Shown here piece after piece: positions 58,067 to 64,000 of a stretch of 64,000 bases of DNA; position 1 is the first letter of the stretch, and each line of letters begins with the position of its first letter. Origin of the DNA: a virus. The notes under the pieces are model-generated. The model searched no databases and had not been told where the DNA came from. It saw only the letters and a program-made list of their open reading frames with translations. Where the stretch lies: the IMG/VR virus record IMGVR_UViG_3300029319_000002, positions 1-64,000 of that record. The stretch is one strand, 5' to 3'. The position numbers and the translations under genes are program-made.

Positions 58067-58093
58067 TCTCAAGTTGATAACTACATTACAACA

Positions 58094-58330
58094 ATGAAAA
58101 AAGCATTAGAAACTGTTTATACATCATTTGAAACTCAATTAAAAGAGCATAAAGAAGCAATCGCAAAATTGGAGGGTGAACTCATGCAAAGACGAGAGCT
58201 TGCTCTAAAACTTGAAGGGGCTTTAGAAGGATTTGCTCTTGTAGATAAAGAATCAAAGAAACCTGAAAATATGCCGATGGTTCAATTAGATGATGAAGAT
58301 GAGGAGGAAGAATCTGAAGAGGAGGATTGA
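58094..58330 (+). CDS. Small coiled-coil acidic protein
   Basis: LKLEGALEG motif similar to ORF 15233. Confidence 0.7.
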   Translation: MKKALETVYTSFETQLKEHKEAIAKLEGELMQRRELALKLEGALEGFALVDKESKKPENMPMVQLDDEDEEEESEEED

Positions 58331-58333
58331 TAA

Positions 58334-58480
58334 ATGAGGAGAAGATATCGCATCATATTAGAACTAGAATTGATGGAAGATAAAGAACCAGAGGCTCTTG
58401 ACTGGCAAGAACTTCTACAATTAGAAGAGAATGAATATGTTGATGTGATAGATGTTGAAGAAGAAGATGATGTTTGGTGA
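58334..58480 (+). CDS. 48-aa acidic protein (not in ORF track)
   Basis: GGAGG SD; MRRRYRIILELELMEDKEPEALDWQELL... Confidence 0.65.
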   Translation: MRRRYRIILELELMEDKEPEALDWQELLQLEENEYVDVIDVEEEDDVW

Positions 58481-58498
58481 CAATCTAACTTCTGTCAC

Positions 58499-58535
58499 AA
58501 CCTCCCTTGACGGGGAGGTTTTTTTATGTTATGTT
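58499..58535 (+). terminator. Terminator with embedded -35
   Basis: AACCTCCC-TTGAC-G-GGGAGGTT-TTTTT; TTGACG(58507)-17 bp-TATGTT(58530). Confidence 0.8.
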
Positions 58536-58554
58536 ATAATCAAAACGAGATTGT

Positions 58555-59409
58555 ATGAAACCAGCAAAGTTCAAAACTTGTCTCCGTTATCCTGGTGGAA
58601 AGAGTAAAGCACTCAAAACTTTGGGAGAATGGATTCCATCGGACTTCAAAGAGTTTCGAGATCCATTTTTAGGTGGTGGAAGTATTCCTTTGATGGTATC
58701 ACAAAACTATCCAAATGTTCCTGTTTGGGTGAATGACAAATACTTCTTTTTGTTTAATTTCTGGTTGCAACTGCGTGATCAAGGAGTCCTTTTGTCAAAT
58801 AAAATTAGGGAAATTAAAGAAGAAGTAAATGGTGACGATGAAGCACATCGAGATCTGTTTAATCAGTATGCAAAAGAGATGAAAGATTATGAACCTTTTA
58901 TGCAAGCAGTTGCATTTTTCATCCTAAACAAGTGTTCATACTCTGGACTCACTGAAAACTCTACATTTTCAAAGACAGCATCTAGATCAAATTTTTCGAT
59001 TGTTGGTGCTGAGAAACTAAAAATGTTCTCACATATTATCAAGAACTGGAAAATCACTAATGTTGATTATTCTGAGGTGATGTGTGCTCCTGGTGAAGAT
59101 GTTTTTGTATTTCTAGATCCTCCATATGATATTAAAGATTTTCTTTATGGAACTGATCGCAAACTTCACTCTTCATTTTCTCATGAAAGTTTTGCTGACA
59201 ATGTGGACAAATGTCCGCATCAATTCATGATTACTTACAATAAGAATGAGTGGTTAGAAACTAGATACAAAGATTATACTCTTAAAGACTGGGAACTTCG
59301 TTACTCTATGGTTCATCGTGGAGATAAAGGCACAAAAGAAAATATAAAAACGGAATTGTTAATTTCTAATTATAACGTGGACACTTTAGAAACTGCCACA
59401 CTATTCTAA
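58555..59409 (+). CDS. dam: DNA adenine methyltransferase (Dam/D12 class)
   Basis: LRYPGGKS, DPFLGGGS, FLDPPY. Confidence 0.93.
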   Translation: MKPAKFKTCLRYPGGKSKALKTLGEWIPSDFKEFRDPFLGGGSIPLMVSQNYPNVPVWVNDKYFFLFNFWLQLRDQGVLLSNKIREIKEEVNGDDEAHRDLFNQYAKEMKDYEPFMQAVAFFILNKCSYSGLTENSTFSKTASRSNFSIVGAEKLKMFSHIIKNWKITNVDYSEVMCAPGEDVFVFLDPPYDIKDFLYGTDRKLHSSFSHESFADNVDKCPHQFMITYNKNEWLETRYKDYTLKDWELRYSMVHRGDKGTKENIKTELLISNYNVDTLETATLF

Positions 59410-59455
59410 CCACTCCCACATTTTTCCTGTATATTAAAAGAGTCAAAGAAATCAA

Positions 59456-59623
59456 ATGCAAGGTTCTTCACAAGTTCTCCGTTCACTTCAATCACTTCAG
59501 CAATGCTATCGTGACCAAAATTTTGTTCTTACTAAAGAACAACAGGAACGATATGATGAGTTGCTGATGCTCCGTCGTGCTTTTATTCAGCACTGGAGAG
59601 AAAATAAACAAATCACAAACTGA
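59456..59623 (+). CDS. 55-aa hypothetical protein (not in ORF track)
   Basis: First ORF after the TGTATATTAAAAGAGTCAAAG cassette. Confidence 0.7.
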   Translation: MQGSSQVLRSLQSLQQCYRDQNFVLTKEQQERYDELLMLRRAFIQHWRENKQITN

Positions 59624-59634
59624 GGTAAACTATC

Positions 59635-59772
59635 ATGCAATGGGAAGTTCAACTTATCAAAAACGGTCGTCAATTTTCGGATTATGTTTTTGCATCAGAT
59701 TTTAATGATGCCCGAGATGTTGCAATCCATCGCAATCCTGGTTCTACTTTTATCACCGCAAATGTAGTTTGA
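59635..59772 (+). CDS. 45-aa hypothetical protein (not in ORF track)
   Basis: GAGG SD; MQWEVQLIKNGRQFSDYVFA...ARDVAIHRNPG. Confidence 0.7.
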   Translation: MQWEVQLIKNGRQFSDYVFASDFNDARDVAIHRNPGSTFITANVV

Positions 59773-59789
59773 TTTTTCTCTACTTTTTA

Positions 59790-59933
59790 ATGAAACTAAC
59801 TGTTACTTTTTCAGGGTATGTTCCTGAAGAATGTAATGATAATCACAGACAATATGATACTCAAAGGGGGAATCATATTGAAAGAACTTGCATCATTGAA
59901 AACACGCAAAAAATTGGTGTGCCAGTTCAATAA
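59790..59933 (+). CDS. 47-aa hypothetical protein (not in ORF track)
   Basis: Fills the gap up to the next promoter cassette. Confidence 0.5.
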   Translation: MKLTVTFSGYVPEECNDNHRQYDTQRGNHIERTCIIENTQKIGVPVQ

Positions 59934-59940
59934 CCTGCAC

Positions 59941-59976
59941 AAACCTCTTGACTTTTCGGTCGAGAGGTTTTATATT
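59941..59976 (+). promoter_or_regulatory. 12-bp hairpin with embedded promoter
   Basis: AAACCTCTTGAC-TTTTCG-GTCGAGAGGTTT; TTGACT(59948)-17 bp-TATATT(59971). Confidence 0.75.
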
Positions 59977-60002
59977 ATATTCATCAATCAAAGATTACTG
60001 AC

Positions 60003-61193
60003 TTGACTATCACTCTTCGTCCGCATCAACAACGTGGCATCAATCGTATGGAAGAGTATGCCAAAGGTCAACTGATTTTCCCCACCGGAGCAGGTAAAAC
60101 TCTCACGGCAATTATGGATGCCAAGAGAGTTTTTGAGACCGCAAATTCTCACAAAACCATTGTGATTGTTGCTCCTCGTATTCTCCTTGCTGAGCAACTT
60201 TGCAGTGAGTTTCTGGAGGTTATTCAACGCAAAGATGTGCATGTGATGCACGTTCACAGTGGTGAAACTTCTTACTTCAGCACCACTAAAGTCAAGGAGA
60301 TTGAACTGCATGATTCTGTCTGCAAAACTGCTGGTGAGCATCAACTTATCTTCACCACTTACAACTCTCTGGGTCGCATTGTAGACGCAAAGGTTGAGGT
60401 CGATACTATCTACTTTGACGAGGCACATAATAGTGTCAAACGTAACTTTTTCCCTGCAACTGAGCACTTCAGTCAAGAGGCAAATCGTTGCTATTTCTTC
60501 ACTGCAACCCGCAAAACTTCTGTCACCATTATGAAACCCGGCATGAATGATCGTGCCGTCTATGGTGATGTGATCTGCCGAGTTTCTGCACCTGAGTTGG
60601 TTGAAGGTGGTTTCATTCTTCCCCCTAAAGTTAAGGTAATTGAAATGGACAAAGTTGATCGCAAGTCCATCACTCCTCACCTTGAAAGTAACAACATTCT
60701 CACCACTATTGATGACATCAACATCAAAAAGATTCTGGTGTGTGCAAAAACTACTAAGCAACTGACTACAATTTTCCAGACAGATTTTGCCGATCAATTG
60801 GAACAACGTGGTTATTCTTATCTGTATATCACTGCCAAAACTGGTGCTGTTATCGACGGTGAGAAAGTTTCCCGTGAGAAGTTCTTTGAAACTTTGAACG
60901 CTTGGGGTAAAGATCCTAGCAAAAAGTTTGTTGTTCTTCATCGTTCAATTCTGTCCGAAGGTATCAACGTCAGTCAACTGGAAGCAGTCATCTTCATGCG
61001 TAACATGGATGTGATTGAAATGACCCAGACTGTGGGTCGTGTGCTTCGTAAAGGTGGTGAAAGTAAGACTTATGGGTTCTGTGTCGTTCCTGTTTATTCT
61101 AAGGTAGGTATCTCCACTCAACGTGGATTGCAGACAGTTATTGATACTGTCTTTGAAAAAGGTGAGATGCTTGATAGTGTTGTTCGTCGTTGA
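60003..61193 (+). CDS. Superfamily 2 DEAH helicase (type III restriction Res-like core)
   Basis: LRPHQ, PTGAGKT, FDEAH, FTAT, SEGIN, QTVGRVLR; TTG start. Confidence 0.92.
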   Translation: MTITLRPHQQRGINRMEEYAKGQLIFPTGAGKTLTAIMDAKRVFETANSHKTIVIVAPRILLAEQLCSEFLEVIQRKDVHVMHVHSGETSYFSTTKVKEIELHDSVCKTAGEHQLIFTTYNSLGRIVDAKVEVDTIYFDEAHNSVKRNFFPATEHFSQEANRCYFFTATRKTSVTIMKPGMNDRAVYGDVICRVSAPELVEGGFILPPKVKVIEMDKVDRKSITPHLESNNILTTIDDINIKKILVCAKTTKQLTTIFQTDFADQLEQRGYSYLYITAKTGAVIDGEKVSREKFFETLNAWGKDPSKKFVVLHRSILSEGINVSQLEAVIFMRNMDVIEMTQTVGRVLRKGGESKTYGFCVVPVYSKVGISTQRGLQTVIDTVFEKGEMLDSVVRR

Positions 61194-61194
61194 T

Positions 61195-61903
61195 GTGCCA
61201 GTGGGGAGAACTGTCCACCATTCTCCCCAAAGCACCATAAAACATGTATATTAAAAGAGTCAAAGGAATTTAAGTCATGCACCTGATTGATTCTCTGGAA
61301 ACAAAAACTGACTGGGGTAAGATTTTTGGTGTTGTAGATTCTCTCTACAATGATGCAGGATTCTCCTCCAATGCTGATAACTTTGCCCGTGCAACTGCTG
61401 TAGAGAAAGCAATCGCAAAGTTCTCAGATCTTGAACGTGTAGATAAAACTGGATATGATTTTCTCTTCGGTGATAAAAAGATTGAACTGAAAATGGGCAA
61501 GAATTTATTCTACAAACGTAAGGACATTCATGCCACTAAAAAGTTCAAAGTAAAATCTTTTCTGAGTGAGAAGAAAACTGTCGAAGATTTCCGTCAAAAT
61601 AAAACTTTTGACTACATGATGGTGATTGATCTCACGGCACGTCGTGTGGTGATTGTTGAAGATGAGAAAGCACGATCTTTGTATCAAGAAGGTGCTGATG
61701 GGGCAATGATTGAACTGAAGTTGGGTGACTATTATCAGTGTGATTTGGGTGAGTTTGATGTTACTGAACCTCCCACACTTTTGTCTAGAGCTATCAACAA
61801 AGCAATCGAAGGTTATCTGGACTTCTGAGTGTGCCAGTTTATCAAAGTGTCCACCATTCTCCCCAAAGCACTCTAAAACCTGTATATTAAAAGAGTCAAA
61901 GGA
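61195..61903 (+). repeat. ~73-bp near-identical direct repeats flanking one gene
   Basis: gtgccagt-N7-a.tgtccaccattctccccaaagcac..taaaac.tgtatattaaaagagtcaaaggaa at 61195 and 61831. Confidence 0.92.
61277..61828 (+). CDS. PD-(D/E)xK restriction-endonuclease-fold protein
   Basis: VEK...GYDF-x6-IELK catalytic pattern. Confidence 0.6.
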   Translation: MHLIDSLETKTDWGKIFGVVDSLYNDAGFSSNADNFARATAVEKAIAKFSDLERVDKTGYDFLFGDKKIELKMGKNLFYKRKDIHATKKFKVKSFLSEKKTVEDFRQNKTFDYMMVIDLTARRVVIVEDEKARSLYQEGADGAMIELKLGDYYQCDLGEFDVTEPPTLLSRAINKAIEGYLDF

Positions 61904-61911
61904 ACAACGAC

Positions 61912-62301
61912 ATGACCACTCAAACATTCTCCGAGTTCGTTGCAACTCAAGATGCACGGAACACCATTGAACTTAACGTCCGTAAGTATTCTTTGATGCT
62001 GTGTGATGCACTTGAACTTGATTTCAAGACCAGTCATCCTAACTCTGAACCCTACAAGTTCTACATCGAAAGTGGTCGTAAGTATCACAAAATTATCATG
62101 GAAACTGATGGTGGTTCTAGTCGTCTTGGACCTTCCCGCAGTGTTCATGCCTTTGTTGATAAGAAAACGGGTGATGTTTACAAAGCAGCATCATTCAAAG
62201 CACCTGCAAAGATTGTTCGTTATAATCTTTGCATCATGAGTGACCGTGAATGGTTGTTTGAAAATGCAGATTGGGCAGGTTCTTATCTTTACATCAAGTG
62301 A
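61912..62301 (+). CDS. Conserved phage hypothetical protein
   Basis: GRKYHKI...SVHAFVDKKTGDVYKAASFKAPAK..RYNL. Confidence 0.8.
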   Translation: MTTQTFSEFVATQDARNTIELNVRKYSLMLCDALELDFKTSHPNSEPYKFYIESGRKYHKIIMETDGGSSRLGPSRSVHAFVDKKTGDVYKAASFKAPAKIVRYNLCIMSDREWLFENADWAGSYLYIK

Positions 62302-62311
62302 GGATCAAAAA

Positions 62312-62479
62312 ATGATTACTTCAAAAAAACAAATGCTCCGCATTATGAAAGGTTGTGAGGGTGCAGATACTCTCACCCGTGAGCAAAAGTTCCAAGTCTT
62401 TGTCAACGTGTGCGACAACATGTTGAAGGAAGGTAGAATGTCCAAAGCAACTCACAAACGGTTCACTCACATTTGGTAA
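62312..62479 (+). CDS. Hypothetical protein
   Basis: GAGG SD; start refined to ATG 62312. Confidence 0.7.
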   Translation: MITSKKQMLRIMKGCEGADTLTREQKFQVFVNVCDNMLKEGRMSKATHKRFTHIW

Positions 62480-62763
62480 TGGAACTTCCTCATGATTTCC
62501 CCCATCAACCCCCAGAAGGTTACTCCTATGAAATACAAAATCACAAAAGGAATGTGGTTGCTATTTGGTTACGGGATCACCGCAAGTATTCTTACACTAA
62601 TGATGATGTTAGGACTATTTGGGGATTCTACAATGGAAAAAAAGGAGAATACTATGCCCCAATCAATGCAAAGAAAGCAGGAGATGTAGTGAACATAAAT
62701 GATACGCGGAATTACACCGCAATGCAACTTAATTTCAAAGGATTAGAGGGATTTTTTATATGA
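62479..62763 (+). CDS. Conserved cyanophage hypothetical protein
   Basis: TAATG coupling; IWGFY...YYAPINAKK.G..V...DTRNYTAMQL. Confidence 0.8.
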   Translation: MELPHDFPHQPPEGYSYEIQNHKRNVVAIWLRDHRKYSYTNDDVRTIWGFYNGKKGEYYAPINAKKAGDVVNINDTRNYTAMQLNFKGLEGFFI

Positions 62764-62862
62764 AATTCCGCGGCACCGGAAACCAGTTGACAAGGTGGCA
62801 CAGTGGGGGTTGAGATCCCCCCAGATCTGTGCAATGATACCATCATGAACAAAGCAAACGAC

Positions 62863-63105
62863 ATGGCAACCAAAATCTTCTCACTGACACCATCCGAACA
62901 ACAGGCAAAGTGGAATGACATTATGGGTCAAATGTGTGCCTATGTTGATGATACAAATGCCGACGTAGATATGGCATATGATTGGGTATGTGAGATGCTC
63001 AACATTTCCTCCTTTGTTGACAATGAAACTGCATGGAATTCTTTCTATGATGTGTGGGAGTCCTGCGATAATCGCAACGACTTGAACACTTTCCAAATCG
63101 TTTGA
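62863..63105 (+). CDS. Hypothetical acidic protein
   Basis: Start refined to lie downstream of the promoter cassette. Confidence 0.65.
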   Translation: MATKIFSLTPSEQQAKWNDIMGQMCAYVDDTNADVDMAYDWVCEMLNISSFVDNETAWNSFYDVWESCDNRNDLNTFQIV

Positions 63106-63116
63106 TAAACTACATC

Positions 63117-63347
63117 ATGACTAAGTTTTATCTTATTCTTTTTATTGCATCATTGTCGGCACTACTAAGCGTTGAAATCATGAATGTAATTGATGCAAAA
63201 AAGATAGAAAAATTAAATGCTGAAATGCGTAAAGAGTTCAATGAAAAGCAAAAGAAAGAAATATCATTGATGAAAAAATTCTGTTTGGAATCAGATCCAT
63301 CAGACTTATATCTAATTGATTTAGAAACTTTGTGTGAAGGATATTGA
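63117..63347 (+). CDS. Hypothetical membrane-anchored protein
   Basis: N-terminal TM, coiled coil, two Cys. Confidence 0.55.
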   Translation: MTKFYLILFIASLSALLSVEIMNVIDAKKIEKLNAEMRKEFNEKQKKEISLMKKFCLESDPSDLYLIDLETLCEGY

Positions 63348-63517
63348 TGAAAATTATGCAAAACAACTATCTCACTGACTACATCGAATCCAAAGGTTAC
63401 ACTGTTCAAGAGTGTTCCAAACCTGCTAAAAAAGAGATTCCCGCTAACATGCGGGACCGTTATTCTTCCTACGAAGAGTATAAAGAAGCACTGCACGATT
63501 TTCTCAACGGAATGTGA
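63347..63517 (+). CDS. 56-aa hypothetical protein (not in ORF track)
   Basis: TGATG coupling; MKIMQNNYLTDYIESKGYTVQEC... Confidence 0.65.
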   Translation: MKIMQNNYLTDYIESKGYTVQECSKPAKKEIPANMRDRYSSYEEYKEALHDFLNGM

Positions 63518-63592
63518 CGGTGAACTAAGTGGCACAGTATTTTGGCACTGGGGTCAAAATCGTGTATTCTATAAGAGTCAAAGGAACACACT

Positions 63593-63757
63593 ATGAACAC
63601 GAAAGTCGCAAAGCACCTCTCAATCCCTGAGAATCGCATCAACTATTCTTTTCACTTTCTTGGTGAGTTTGGTCCTGATTTTGTAGATTACAAAAAATGT
63701 TATGATGCCATTGCAAAATGGTCTGACAAACTTGACACCTCTGAGGCACACTATTGA
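63593..63757 (+). CDS. 54-aa hypothetical protein (not in ORF track)
   Basis: First ORF after the cassette; AAGGA SD. Confidence 0.65.
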   Translation: MNTKVAKHLSIPENRINYSFHFLGEFGPDFVDYKKCYDAIAKWSDKLDTSEAHY

Positions 63758-63945
63758 TGCAAACAACAACAGCAACTTATCAGATTCAAGTTACAACTGA
63801 CGAAGGACATTTGTCATTCTTAAAAGACATGCCCACACGTCCAAAAACACAAAAGGGGATCAAATCACAGAACAATAAGTTATCAAAATGGGTAGAAAAA
63901 CAATATCCTAATTTTACTTCCTACGACATTTCTCTTCTCAACTGA
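63757..63945 (+). CDS. Hypothetical protein
   Basis: TGATG coupling at both ends. Confidence 0.7.
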   Translation: MQTTTATYQIQVTTDEGHLSFLKDMPTRPKTQKGIKSQNNKLSKWVEKQYPNFTSYDISLLN

Positions 63946-64000
63946 TGACTTATTCTGAACTTTTAGTGCAGTTGCTTCAACTTAACGCGGAACAGTTGCG

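Larger units (their letters stand above)
58477..63570 (+). repeat. Seven promoter cassettes with a GTG(C/A)CAGT-N6/7-A(C/G)TG(G/T)(C)CAC palindrome
   Basis: Palindromes start at 58477, 59377, 59919, 61195, 61831, 62780, 63514; each is 51-53 bp before a -10-like hexamer. Confidence 0.8.

Noticed and set aside
59988-60941. 317-aa minus-strand ORF
   Set aside because: Exact antisense shadow of the helicase; no motifs, RBS or promoter
58477-63535. Palindrome as a CRP/FNR-family site
   Set aside because: GTG...CAC span is 22-24 bp, not the 16-bp TGTGA-N6-TCACA geometry
58477-63570. Spaced repeats as a CRISPR or mini-CRISPR array
   Set aside because: Intervals are 540-1280 bp and contain genes; the repeats are degenerate promoters; no cas operon
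1-64000. tRNA/rRNA genes, introns, inteins, homing endonucleases, integrases
   Set aside because: No cloverleaf or T-loop signature noticed; thyX, zwf, gnd, phoH and gp32 are uninterrupted and of normal length; no HNH, GIY-YIG or recombinase motifs seen (manual reading only)

Overview
A 64-kb segment of a T4-like marine cyanomyovirus (Kyanoviridae type). The host is probably Synechococcus, inferred from gnd+zwf+talC+petE+ptoX. Layout: (1) 1-6.3 kb, photosynthesis and pentose-phosphate auxiliary genes (psbD 3' end, thioredoxin-like, petE, ptoX, gnd, a 43-aa ndhP homolog missed by the ORF track, zwf, talC). (2) 6.3-12 kb, small hypotheticals, redoxins, a Zn-deaminase, and a candidate nitrogen-sensing operon (NtcA-type palindrome, two tandem glutamine-II-type riboswitches with ORFs nested inside, DUF4278/YRG peptides). 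(3) 12-17 kb, T4 core genes (thyX, phoH, exonuclease, gp33, gp59, gp32). (4) 17-33 kb, baseplate/tail genes (gp53, 48, 2, 4, 54-like, 26, 51, two tape-measure-like proteins, gp5) with cp12 inserted and a likely -1 frameshift joining gp26 and gp51. (5) 33-58 kb, three giant fibre genes (3215, 2923, 2151 aa) with shared repeat modules. (6) 58-64 kb, an early/hypervariable region (Dam-type MTase, SF2 helicase, PD-(D/E)xK nuclease, small ORFs) in which seven promoters carry the same palindrome at a nearly fixed distance. No tRNA, rRNA, CRISPR array, integrase, transposase or reverse transcriptase was seen. Family assignments come from motif recognition by eye; no database searches were run.
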